Of a stretch of DNA of 64,000 nucleotides, positions 48,721-59,052 are shown piece after piece. Origin of the DNA: an uncultured delta proteobacterium. GTDB taxonomy: Bacteria; Desulfobacterota; Binatia; UBA9968. The notes below the pieces were generated by a model, which did no database searches, was not told where the DNA came from, and saw nothing but the letters and a program-made list of their open reading frames with translations. Each line of letters begins with the position of its first letter. The stretch's first letter is position 1. Where the stretch lies: contig CAVWLW010000064.1 of NCBI GenBank assembly GCA_963755715.1, positions 32,001 to 96,000 on the forward strand. Reading direction: 5' to 3'. Both the position numbers and the translations under genes were made by a program.

Positions 48721-49725
48721 TCATTTTATACCCAACTCCCGATTCACTTCGCGCTGCAAGGAGAAATCAAAAATCTTTGCTGCAGCAACCGGTTCTTTCA
48801 ATTTAAGCAACTCGGCATCGGCTTTAAGAAACTCTTCGATCTCCTTAGGCGAAGGAATTCCATCCGCAGTGAAAGCGGGTTTGGCCAACCGATAAGACTC
48901 GCGAGCGACGGCAATGTCGACGTTCTGAAATTTCGCCAGGACTTCGCTCGTGCCCCGTTCGTTTTCCCAGAAATAACGGTTTGCCTTCGCCCGCGCGCGC
49001 AGAATCCGCTTCAACAGCTCTTTGTTCTCGCGCAGAAATTTCTCCGTCACGGCGGTGCCGTTCTGAAGGTTCGAGAGATCTTCCATGGCCGACCCGAGAA
49101 TGTTCATATGAAATTTATCCCGCGCCAAGATCACCGTCGGCGGAGAAAGGGCGGCCACGTCGATAACTCCGCCAATCAGGCTCTGTAGCTGCGCCGGAAC
49201 ATCTCCGCCCACCACCACCGTCAGATCCTTATCCGGGTCGACGCCGCCTTTGCGGATCAGACGGGTTGCGGCCGTATGCTGCGAACCGCCGAACGTCGTC
49301 GTGCCCAGGATCTTGCCCTTCAGCTGGGAGATCGAGGTTATTTCCTTTCGGGCGACGAGCCAAAACAGGTTTCTTTTGAGACTTACAGTGAGAATCTTGA
49401 GGGGAATTTCACTTCGCTCCAACGCGCGAATGACGGTTCCGACGCCATTCGTGGCCTGCACCTGGCCGCTCAGCGCCGCCGCCACCGCGACATTGCCGCG
49501 GATTTGCACGATATCCACGTCGAGGCCTTCATCGCGAAAGAAGCCTCGCTCCTTGGCGACGTAAAGATCGATGGCGGCGATGCTCCGGCTGGGAATCGAA
49601 AAGATGATCTTTTCATGGCGCGCCTGCGCCCACAGCGCCGGCGTCGAAGCGCAGACAAGAACGATCGCCAGAAGGAAGCGCTGCGTAAGAGTTTGCCCTG
49701 GACTGCTAAATCGCGTGACCATCAA
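48721..49725 (-). CDS. NitT/TauT substrate-binding protein
   Basis: GFFRDEGLDV, LKGK.LG, IFDFSL.REV. Signal peptide. Confidence 0.88.
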   Translation of the reverse strand: MMVTRFSSPGQTLTQRFLLAIVLVCASTPALWAQARHEKIIFSIPSRSIAAIDLYVAKERGFFRDEGLDVDIVQIRGNVAVAAALSGQVQATNGVGTVIRALERSEIPLKILTVSLKRNLFWLVARKEITSISQLKGKILGTTTFGGSQHTAATRLIRKGGVDPDKDLTVVVGGDVPAQLQSLIGGVIDVAALSPPTVILARDKFHMNILGSAMEDLSNLQNGTAVTEKFLRENKELLKRILRARAKANRYFWENERGTSEVLAKFQNVDIAVARESYRLAKPAFTADGIPSPKEIEEFLKADAELLKLKEPVAAAKIFDFSLQREVNRELGIK

Positions 49726-50697
49726 CTCGGCGACTCCCCCATTTCCTTGAGCAGTTCACGGACCAAACTGAAATCGAAGATATCGTCCACTGCGACATTT
49801 TTCTTCGACTCGACGTTCAAGCGCGTGCTCTCGATGACGTTTTCCAGGGTCGCCTTCGACACCAAAAGATTGCGGCTGTAATTTTTCGCGTTGTCGTTGT
49901 AGGCGTCTTCCGCCACTTCGGGTTTGGTTCTGCCCCAATCCGAGAGGATTTTTACCGCGCCTTTCGGATTGTTGATGATATATCGATTGGCTCGGAGCAG
50001 CGCCCGCACGATTTTTTTGACTTCGTCTCGATTGTTCTTGAGTTTCTGCTCGGTGACGCCGATGCCGTTCACCGGGAACGGGAACAAGTCTCGGATTCTT
50101 AGCAGAGTCTTGAAACCCGACGCTTCGGCTCGGAGATTGCCCGGCGGAGTGACGAAAGCCGCCTGCACCACCCCGGCTTGCAGCTGCGCGATCCGCGCCG
50201 AGCTGCTTCCGGCGGCGACGTACTGAACTTCGCTGCGCGGATCAAGATTGAAATGTGCCGCCGTCAGTCGGGCGAGGATATCCACCAAGGAACCAAACGA
50301 GCTGATGGCGATTTTCTTATTTTTCAGGTCGCTGAATTTCTGAATGCTCGAATGCGCCACGACGACGTGGTTGGGCCGCTCGATCAATATCCCGGCGATC
50401 TTGAGAGGAAGACCGCGCAGATTCGCTGTGACCACCGATTGCAGGATCAAATTATAATCCACGTTGCCTGCGGCTAATGCCGCTACCGAAACGTTGGCGT
50501 TCATCTGCAAGACCTCGACGTCCAACCCCTCGTCTTTAAAATAGCCTTGAAACTTGGCGACGCCGCCGCTTAGAAAAGACATATCGGGATTGGAAACCGC
50601 GATATAGAGGGTCTTCGCTTCTGCTCCTTGAAACGCGAAACTCAGAAGAGCGGCGGCGATCAGCAGACCGCTTAAGATACACCTGCGGAGCTTTCAT
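49722..50697 (-). CDS. NitT/TauT substrate-binding protein (frameshift just after the start codon)
   Basis: Removing one A from ATGAAAGCTC restores MKLRRCILSGLLIAAALLSFAFQGAEA, in frame with GYFKDEGLDVE. Confidence 0.85.
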
Positions 50698-50729
50698 GTT
50701 GCCGACCTCATTTTCTATTGGTGTGGAAA

Positions 50730-51236
50730 CTATTCAGTGAACTCTCCCGTGAACAACAATGCCACGGGCAGTTTCAAGGCGTGCATCATTCTCACGGCGT
50801 CTTTAATCTGCGCTTCGAGTTGGCCCGCAGAATCGACGATCAAATATTGAATGCCGAGAGTCTCGAGAATCCCTTTCGTCTTGTTGCCGTAATGAGAAAA
50901 CAAGTAGGAGTTGCGTTGATCCTCGAAGCTCCCCACATAGGCGATCAGCAAAAGCATCGGCACGCCGTAACGCTCGCCGATCGTCAGTAGGTTGTACGTC
51001 GATACAAACAGGCCGGTGCCCTCCATATAAACAGCGGCGCCTTTGCCGCCCAGCGAGGCGCCGGCGGCGATACCGACAGCCTCCGCCTCACTCGCTACCG
51101 GCACCAGTGTAAAAGACTCGTCCGCTTTCATCAGCGGAAGGATCTCGCTCAACCTCGTCTCGGGAATATAACTGACAAAGTTGATGCCTGCCGCTTTAAG
51201 TCCAGCGACGGTTCTGTTGGCGAGGTCAGGTTTCAT
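50730..51236 (-). CDS. ComD-like ThDP decarboxylase alpha subunit, copy 3
   Basis: AGINFVSYIPETRL, ASEAEAV, MEGTG, DQRN. Confidence 0.87.
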   Translation of the reverse strand: MKPDLANRTVAGLKAAGINFVSYIPETRLSEILPLMKADESFTLVPVASEAEAVGIAAGASLGGKGAAVYMEGTGLFVSTYNLLTIGERYGVPMLLLIAYVGSFEDQRNSYLFSHYGNKTKGILETLGIQYLIVDSAGQLEAQIKDAVRMMHALKLPVALLFTGEFTE

Positions 51237-51280
51237 AAAGACTAGCGCTATTCAGATTTCGAGCAGTGCACCAGCGATCC

Positions 51281-51881
51281 TCATCCCCGTCCTTGGAAGA
51301 TCGGCTTGCCTTCCGTTTGCTCAAGATAGCGCACGAAGCGGTATTTGGTTTCCAGCAAGTCGACGTTGCTCCGCGTGATCGTGCGATGGCCAAGACTCTC
51401 TTCGATTTTGCAGACGACAAAACGCAATCCGGATTGTGTTTAGTGCAGCCGTCGCTTCTTTCTTGAACTCGGCTAATTCTGAAACCGTCACCGCATGCTC
51501 GATACCCGCGCCGCTCGCCATGGCGGCCAAATCGGTCTTACCCGCCGTCGCGCTAGGATAACTGATTCTCGTGCCGCTGTAAGCCTGGTTGTCGAAAACG
51601 AAGACCGCCATATTCGACGGATTCAGATTGGCCAAGGTGGGTAGATTAAACAACGAGAGCAGAACGCTGCCGTCGGACTCGAACACGAAAACTTTTCGAT
51701 GCGGCAGAGCCAGAGCAAGTCCGATCCCCACGGCAAGTGCATTGCCCATGGAGCCCAGGTTCAAATCCGCCTCCCGCTTGGAGAGATGTCCCCATTCGAC
51801 TCGTTGGCCGCTCAAGGAAGTGACGACGAGTTGATCGGTCATCAAAGGCGCGAGCCATTCGAAACAGTCGTAGCGAATCAT
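51281..51881 (-). CDS. ComE-like beta subunit, copy 3 (frameshift near 51436)
   Basis: ESDGSVLLSL. After removing one A it continues SGLRFVVCKIEES...FVRYLEQTEGKPIFQGRG*. Confidence 0.85.
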
Positions 51882-52080
51882 AGAGTGAAACCCTCTGTGA
51901 ATAATAAAACCAGCGGACGTTTCAGTGCGTTCATCATTTGCACCGCGTCTTTGATACTATGCTCAAGCTCGCCGCCTGAAAAGCGCTATCGTCTTGCAAG
52001 AGCGGGAAAATTTCGCTCAAACCCGTCTCGGGTGATGAAGTCGATTTTCGCCGCGCCAAGCTCCAACTTAATCTGCGGCA
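51878..52080 (-). pseudogene. Internally deleted comD-like remnant
   Basis: N-terminal piece KIDFIT/PETGLSEIFPLLQDDSAF sits directly beside the C-terminal piece GELEHSIKDAVQMMNALKRPLVLLFTEGFTL*, whose stop overlaps the comE start as in the intact pairs. Confidence 0.75.
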
Positions 52081-52215
52081 AGTTTTAGACCCACATTTTT
52101 GGTAATAGCGACGATATGGAGTTCGTCTAATACCTGGGCTCAGGCGAAGAAAATCAAAGTCGGCTGCCAATACAGTTGCTCACTTGAAATCGCAGAAAAT
52201 TCGAATCCCTCTGCG

Positions 52216-53882
52216 TTATTTTTGCTCGTCTTTTTCGCTCACGTGTTTTTTCAGCTTCTCGATCTCGTCAGCCATATATTTTTTCTTCAGATCCATAAAC
52301 TTCGCGCCGCGCGGCGCTTTGATGCCTTTTTTTGCGCTGTACTCGGCGTTTTGACTGTGATTCCCCGCGACGGCGTTTTCCGCCTGAATTGCTGCTTCTT
52401 GCGGCCACATGCCCAACGAATAGCCCGACCACGGCGGGCGAGGATTCAACTTCGGGTAATTCGAGTTCCTCCCAGATCTCCCGCGCCCGTTCCATGTAGG
52501 GGCGCTTCGGCAGCGCCACCGGAGGAAAATCCGCCTTCAACGTCGCGTCCACCAAAAGCGTCGAATCGGTAACGTCGTAATGTTCGCCATCGGCGACGTA
52601 TCTTATCGGATTCCAAGGCAGTGGCCGGTTAGGAACGATGCGCATATCGCGATGCGGCTGGCAGCGGTTCGCCATCGCCCAGAGCAGCGACTGGGCGTCG
52701 TGCGGATCGATGTCTTCATCGACGCAGGCGATGATTTTGTGAATCACTCGCGACGGCAGAAGCGCTTCCAAAGCACGCCAAGTGTCGTCCGGCTTTTCCT
52801 TCTTGAGCTGAATGACCGCCACCTGCCGATTGAGCAGATCTTCATAAAGCGCCACTCGCAGCGCCTTGACGCCGACTTCTTTATTCAAATGATTGAGCGC
52901 GAGGGTTTCGTAGGCGGATTGCTTGATCTTGCTCGATTCGCTCGGCGTGAGCTGGCTGATCATCGAGACATAAATGGGATTTCGCTTGTGCGTGATGCAG
53001 GTAACTTCGAAAACGCCGTTTAAATCTCCGGGATCGAGATAGCCATGCGCTTCACCGAAAGGTCCGTCTGGCTCCAGATAATCCGAGGGAATTCTGCCCT
53101 CGATGACGATATCGGCATGCGCGGGCACTTCGAGATCGACGGTTTTGCACTTGACCATTTCCAGCGGACTGCGCGCGAGACCGCCCGCCAGCGCCACTTC
53201 GTCGACACCATACGGCACCGGTTGAACTGCCGCGTAGGTAATGCAGGGAGGACCTCCGATGACGATCGCCGCATCGAGCGGAACTCCTCTTTCGTTACAT
53301 TTCTCCCAGTGGATCGCCGTATGCTTGAGGCTGCCCCACATGATGCTGGTTTTGAGCGGGCCTTTGATTTGCCCACGGTAGACTCCCATGTTCCTGACAC
53401 CGTTGTCAGGATCTTTGGTAATCCAGCAGCCGGCCGTCAGATAGGGCGCATTGTCGAACCCGGGCGTAGAAATTGGAATAGGCAGCATGTAGAGACCGCC
53501 GCGCCGGGTCAGCTCCTCACCTTGATAAACGACATCTTGGGCTTCTCCGTCTTTTACGAGAATCGGCTCGATCGGTTTTTCCAAAGCCTTCGACCAGATA
53601 TCTTCCACCTCTTCTTCTTTGCACATGAGCCCGAGTGCGTAGATCCGCTGTGAGGCCGCGAGCCCGCCGATCAGCACCGGGATGTCGTACTTCTTGCCTT
53701 TGGCATCGTGGATATTCTCGAAGTAGAAAGCTCGCCTTTGCGCCTCGTCCAGGCCGCGAAACTGCCAGCGCACCAGCGGATGCATCTCGGTGTCTTTGTT
53801 GATCGGCTTCTTGACTCTGAAGAGCAGCCCCTCGCGTTCGAGAACCTGAACGTATTCAAAGAAGACTTTTGTAATAAGCCAT
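52216..53882 (-). CDS. UbiD-family prFMN-dependent (de)carboxylase, copy 1 (frameshifts near 53860 and 52455)
   Basis: MAYYKSL/EYVQVLE start, RNMGVYR, VPAHADIVIEG, DGPFGE, VDEDIDP. The C-terminus continues in ORF 52216-52449. Confidence 0.88.
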
Positions 53883-53964
53883 AGGCAAATCCCCTTAACT
53901 TAGCGGCTAGAGACAACCTTCCTTAACAGTTCTAATGCTCGGTAACACTTGATTCGCTTCTAGG

Positions 53965-54062
53965 CCGTCTTTGAGGACGTAGATCATCTCCTCGAACATC
54001 TGTTTCTGGGGGTTCAGCTTTTCTCCGGGCGGAATCTCGCAGACGTAAGCCGCCGAGTTGGG
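53965..54062 (-). pseudogene. Cupin-protein fragment
   Basis: NSAAYVCEIPPGEKLNPQKQMFEEMIYVLKDG resembles cupin motif 1. No start or continuation. Confidence 0.55.
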
Positions 54063-54064
54063 TG

Positions 54065-54232
54065 TTGACGACAAAATTCCTGTTGGACTACCCCTTGCCC
54101 ACGGTCGCGGGAATGAAAACCGTGCTCGATGATCTCGGCGCAAAAAATCCGAAGATTCGCGAGCTAAAACCCGAGGATCTTCTCGACACGCGTTTTTTGC
54201 GCAACCTCAAGGACAGCGGCGCGATCAAATAG
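54065..54232 (+). pseudogene. C-terminal fragment of a NitT/TauT binding protein
   Basis: LTTKFLLDYPLPTVAGMKTVLDDLGAKNPKIRELKPEDLLDTRFLRNLKDSGAIK* resembles the C-termini of the intact binding proteins in this window. Confidence 0.6.
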
Positions 54233-54246
54233 CATCGACGAATGGC

Positions 54247-55674
54247 TTAGGACAAGATCTGCTTGCCCCACTTTTGTCTGACTTGCTGCGCCAGGTCCGG
54301 CGGCACGATCACGGAGGCGGGAAAATCTTTGATCCATTCGTAAGGCCGGCAAGCGTCGATGACGGCGCGCGAATTGAATCCCTTTTTGCCGCGTTGAACG
54401 ATCGGATCCAGCGGGCCACTCCAACAGCGCCGGAGAATCTCGATGTCCTCCGCGGGGTCGCAGCGCGTCGTCATCGCCCACCACACGTCTTTCATGTCGG
54501 TGGGATCGATATCGTCATCGACCACGACGGTGAAACGCCCCAAATAGGCGGCGGCGTGACACTGTGAAGCGATCAAGCCGGCCTGACGCGCGTGGCCCGG
54601 ATAGCGCTGCCGAATGGCGACGACGGTGAGGAGACGTGTGTTGCCTTCCGGCGGACAGTAAACGCCGACCACATCCGGCACACCGGCGCGCTCCAATTCT
54701 TCCCACACCATCGCCGAGCGCCAAAAACTCTTGTAAAAAGTCGCTTCCGTCGGCGGCCGGCTCGGCGGCGCTCCCGCCATGATCGGATCGTTGCGAAAAT
54801 ACATCCGGCGGATTCGAATGATCGGTTCTTCGCGCACGTGGCTCGCGTAATAGCCGGTCCACTCGCCGAACGGCCCTTCGGTTTTTTGATCCCCCGGCAA
54901 ACACTCTCCTTCAATCACGACTTCCGCGGTCGCCGGCACCTGGAGTCCGGTCCGCGCCAACTTCACGACGTCGATGGGCGCGCCTTTCAGACCGCCGGCA
55001 AAATCGTATTCCGATAGGCCATACGGCACTTCGAACGCCGAGGCCATAAACAGCAGCGGATCGTGACCCAATGACAGCGCCACCGGCATGGGCCGATTCT
55101 GGGCAAAATATTTTTCCATCTGAATGCGCGCGTGCCGGCCCGGCGAAATATACAGCCCCACGGATTTACTGTCGTGAACCATCACCCGGTAAGTGCCGAT
55201 ATTGAGCCAACCCTCTTCCGGATCCCGGGTGATCGTCAGATGGCCGGTGCCGATGTAGCGGCCACCGTCGTGGATGTTATAGCGCGGCGTCGGAAAACGC
55301 AGGACGTCGACATCTTTTTCTTCCCAGACGTTCTCCATGAAAGGTCCGTCTTTGACCTCTCGCGGCGGAATCGGTTTCATCTCTTTGATTTTCTTGCGCA
55401 TGGCGGCGACCAGATCCATGGTCGCCATGTCCGTCGGCATACCGCAGGTGAGCGCGACTCGCTTGATGGAATTGAGCTGGCCCGCCACCAATCTCAAACC
55501 CTTGGCGAAGCCCTTGATCGAGTCGAACAGGAGGCACGGCGCGATTTGCGACTCTTTGCGGGCCATCTCGATGATGGCGCCGATCTCCAAGTCCCAATCC
55601 GCGCCCTCGACGGTCTTGAGCTCACCCAATTCATTCACTTGAGTGATCCACTCACGCAAATCTCTGTACGCCAT
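54247..55674 (-). CDS. UbiD-family (de)carboxylase, copy 2
   Basis: YRDLREWI, DGGRYIGT, NIGTYR, EGPFGEWTGYY, VVVDDDID, WAMTTR.DP. Confidence 0.93.
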   Translation of the reverse strand: MAYRDLREWITQVNELGELKTVEGADWDLEIGAIIEMARKESQIAPCLLFDSIKGFAKGLRLVAGQLNSIKRVALTCGMPTDMATMDLVAAMRKKIKEMKPIPPREVKDGPFMENVWEEKDVDVLRFPTPRYNIHDGGRYIGTGHLTITRDPEEGWLNIGTYRVMVHDSKSVGLYISPGRHARIQMEKYFAQNRPMPVALSLGHDPLLFMASAFEVPYGLSEYDFAGGLKGAPIDVVKLARTGLQVPATAEVVIEGECLPGDQKTEGPFGEWTGYYASHVREEPIIRIRRMYFRNDPIMAGAPPSRPPTEATFYKSFWRSAMVWEELERAGVPDVVGVYCPPEGNTRLLTVVAIRQRYPGHARQAGLIASQCHAAAYLGRFTVVVDDDIDPTDMKDVWWAMTTRCDPAEDIEILRRCWSGPLDPIVQRGKKGFNSRAVIDACRPYEWIKDFPASVIVPPDLAQQVRQKWGKQILS

Positions 55675-55683
55675 TATTTCCTC

Positions 55684-56664
55684 CTAGCGATATAACGTCT
55701 GAAATAATCCTTGCTGTTCGAGCTCGTTCACGAGCGTGTTATCGACAAAGTCACTCGCTTTTACGCCGGCCGCCGACTTTACTTCGGAGCGCAACACTTC
55801 ATCGACCGCATCGAGCCGAACTTTGGGAATCGGCTCGAGGTACTTCACACCATAGATTCGGTAGAGCTCGGCGAGTATTTCCGGATCCTGAACTTTCGTG
55901 TATCTGGCGAGCACCTTGATCGTGCCCTCTTTGTCCGTTCTAACTCGGTGAATGCCTTCGCAGTAGGCGCGCAACAGGCGCAAAGCCGTGCTGCGATTTT
56001 TTTCCAAGAACGATTGCGTCGTCGCCAACGGGGAATTGGGATAGACAATGCCGATCTCACCGAAATCCACCAGTTCCTTCAGGCCCAGCTTTGCCGCGGA
56101 CAGATTCGTCGGCGGCGACACCACGCCGGCATCGACGATCCCGCCGGTGATGGCGCCGAGCAGTTGCGGCATGCCGCCGGTCTGGATGACCGCAACGTCG
56201 GCGCCGCGCCGCAGCCCCCATTTTTTGAGCGCCAAATCCAAGGCAAAGTCCGTCGACCCGCCGAGACGGGTCAAGCCGATTTTTTTTCCTTTGAGATCCT
56301 TCGCCGTTTGAATCTCAGGCCGCGCCATCAGCGAGAACACCAGCGTATTGATGGTATTGCCGATCATCTTGAGGCTCGCTCCTCTGAGCGAAGCTTGGAC
56401 CACGGAATTGGCGCCGAGGCGAACGAATTGCACATCGCCGCCGAGCAGCGCCTGAGTCACCACCGACCCGCCGCCGATGTAGAGAAGCTGCACATCCAAT
56501 CCCTGACGGCGGAAATAGCCGTAATCCTGCGCCACCCATAGGGACGCCATCGCGCCGCTGATCGAACTGTAGGCTAAGCGAATCGGCTCGGCTTGCGCAG
56601 CGGAGAAAAATAAAGAGGCCTGCGCTAGTAACGCAAAAATAATGAGACAAAGAAATTTGCGCAC
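55684..56664 (-). CDS. NitT/TauT substrate-binding protein
   Basis: IRLAYSSISG, GYFRRQGLDVQLLYIGGG, LKGKKIG.TR.GGSTD. Start uncertain. Confidence 0.88.
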   Translation of the reverse strand: MRKFLCLIIFALLAQASLFFSAAQAEPIRLAYSSISGAMASLWVAQDYGYFRRQGLDVQLLYIGGGSVVTQALLGGDVQFVRLGANSVVQASLRGASLKMIGNTINTLVFSLMARPEIQTAKDLKGKKIGLTRLGGSTDFALDLALKKWGLRRGADVAVIQTGGMPQLLGAITGGIVDAGVVSPPTNLSAAKLGLKELVDFGEIGIVYPNSPLATTQSFLEKNRSTALRLLRAYCEGIHRVRTDKEGTIKVLARYTKVQDPEILAELYRIYGVKYLEPIPKVRLDAVDEVLRSEVKSAAGVKASDFVDNTLVNELEQQGLFQTLYR

Positions 56665-56799
56665 CCGCGTCAGCACCCTGCAGATTCCTTGATGGCTCAG
56701 GGTGCAACGGCGGACGCGCGAACCGCGCTGGGATCTATCGGGCGTAACTTTCACAATTTCAAACCAGGTGTGGATCGATGAGAGTTTCAAAACCGGCGT

Positions 56800-57690
56800 T
56801 CACCGCCCGAGAATGCCGGCGTCGCGCAATTCCCGCTCCAGCTTCGCGACTTCTTCTTTTGGCATCTGCTCCGTTTCCCATTTAGGAAAACGTTTCACCG
56901 CGAAGCCGCGCATGCGATGCACTTCCTGCAGCGGCACCCGGCCATACTTGCGCAAGCGCGCCGCGACGATACGCGCGACGGTGTCGACCCGTTTCTGCGC
57001 TTCGACGGCGGCCGGGTAGTCTTTACGATCCAGCGCGTTGAACAACTCGACGCAAAGCTCGGGCACGAAGCTCGTCGGCGGATTGATCATGCCGGCGACG
57101 CCGAACGGCACCAGGCCGAACAAATCCGCGTTGCCGGTGAAGACCGAAACATCGGGCAAGAGCCGAACGTATTCCAGCAGCGCGCCCTGGCCGTAAGCGA
57201 CTTTAATGCCTTTGAGCGCCGGCACTTGTTCCTTCATGCGCAGGGCGAGGCCCGGCGGAATCGAGATGCCGGAGTATTTTGGATTCTCGTAGATGAAGAT
57301 CGGCAGCGGCACGGCTCGATGCACGGCTTTGTAGTGCGCGATGATTTCGTACTCGCTGTGATCCGAATAATAGTAGGGCGGCACGATCGCCACCGCGTCG
57401 GCTTTGTGCGCCGCTGCATGCTCCGCCAGCTCCACCGCGCTGCCCGCGTCCGCAGTGCCGACGTGGATGATCACGGGCACGCGCGACTTGGCCTGATCGA
57501 GCGCGATCGCCGCCGCTTGCTTGCGCTCGTCGATGGTCATCGCCGGCCCTTGTCCGGTTGAGCCGAGCACGAATAGACCGTGCACGCCGGCTTTGATGTG
57601 AAAGTCGACCAACTGGCGCATGATATTTTCGTCGATCCGCACTTTCTCATCGAACGGCGTGATTATCGGCAATAAAACTCCACGAATCAT
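56800..57690 (-). CDS. DapA/NanA-family class I aldolase/lyase
   Basis: ITPF, GSTGQ, VPPYY, YENP, Schiff-base lysine in KGIKVA. Confidence 0.9.
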   Translation of the reverse strand: MIRGVLLPIITPFDEKVRIDENIMRQLVDFHIKAGVHGLFVLGSTGQGPAMTIDERKQAAAIALDQAKSRVPVIIHVGTADAGSAVELAEHAAAHKADAVAIVPPYYYSDHSEYEIIAHYKAVHRAVPLPIFIYENPKYSGISIPPGLALRMKEQVPALKGIKVAYGQGALLEYVRLLPDVSVFTGNADLFGLVPFGVAGMINPPTSFVPELCVELFNALDRKDYPAAVEAQKRVDTVARIVAARLRKYGRVPLQEVHRMRGFAVKRFPKWETEQMPKEEVAKLERELRDAGILGR

Positions 57691-57748
57691 GTTTTCCCCC
57701 ACGTTCAAGTGTCTCTATTCGGCGACTTTATTTTTTAATTTTCAATTC

Positions 57749-58988
57749 TCAATTTTTAATTATTGCCCGCACGCCCACCCGTGTGTCCAATCGATAGATC
57801 TCGTTCGCCTGCTTTTTGTCGTACCATGCCTTTGGGCCGGCCGCCGCGCAGGCCTGTCTCGATCGCATCCACAACGATCTTGCGAAACTTTATGACACCA
57901 CGATCGGAAACACTGAGCTGCTCGCTGCGTTCGCCAAGCAGGCCCTGCGTGCCCTGCGTCATCAAATCTTCTTTGCGGACGTTGCCTTTGTAGGGCATGA
58001 ACTTGCGCTTATCGTAGGGCATCACTTCCTGCACCGGCGTTTCTTGTTCGCGCAGCGCTTTGAGTTTCTCGAAGAAATTCGCTTCCGGTCCTTTGTAATT
58101 GTCCGCGGTAAAAAGCATGAAGTGCTCATCGTCATTGGGCGTCACAAACATCCAATGCTCGCATTGCGAGCCTTCCTTGATCAGCGCCGCCGCGTCCATC
58201 TTGGCATGAACAAACTCCGTGTCGCCCACTTGAACGATACTCGGCAAAGCCAGACTCATTTCGTCGACAAATTCCGTCCCCGGCTTCGGGCCCGGCTTGG
58301 TCATGACGACTTTCATGCCATAATCCATCTCGACGAACTCGAAGTGCGGCATTTCCGTGTAACTGAAAAATTGATTGCCCCAGGATTGTTGGCCGTAGCC
58401 GGCGTGCCGATGCAATATACAGACGTGCGCCGGGTCCGCGGAGTTTTCAAAAAAATTAAACCAGTTGTAGTCGGCGTGGCGCACCGGCTCGATCTGCCAT
58501 TGGCTGCCGCGATCGACCAATGGCCCATACTTCGGCAGCGGCGGTGGATCGTCCCGATCGGGTCCCATGTACGCGAAGATCAATCCGCCCTGTTCTTGCA
58601 CCGGATACGATAGATGCTTCACCTTCTGCGGAAACTTGCTGTCCTTGGGCTCTGCCGGCATTTCCAGACACTGACCCGAGACGTCGAAAAGCCAACCATG
58701 ATAAGGACAGCGGATGCCGCCGCATTCGATATCGGCATATTCCAACGACGTGCCGCGATGCGGGCAATGCAGTCCGAGTAAGCCGAGCTTGCCGAATTCG
58801 TCGCGAAACAACACCAGCTCTTCGCCGAGCACTTTGACCGCTTGGGGAATATCGTAAAGATCGCGCGCAATTCCAACTACTACCCAGTAGCGGCGAAACC
58901 ATTCGCCGCACGGCGTCCCCGGCCCCACGCGCGGAATATCCGCGACCGTCACGCTCTTGTTCTTTCTTTTCGCGCTCACTTTCGCCAC
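57749..58988 (-). CDS. Rieske non-heme iron oxygenase alpha subunit (phthalate 4,5-dioxygenase-like), copy 1
   Basis: CPHRG...CPYHGW, ENSADPAH...LH, ED...Q, SDRGV..FR. Probable one-base insertion near 57818 alters the last ~20 aa. Confidence 0.9.
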
Positions 58989-59052
58989 TGACTTTTCCTT
59001 CTTGCTTCGATTTCAGTCCTATCTTAAATGCCTTGAACGTTGAATATACGAT

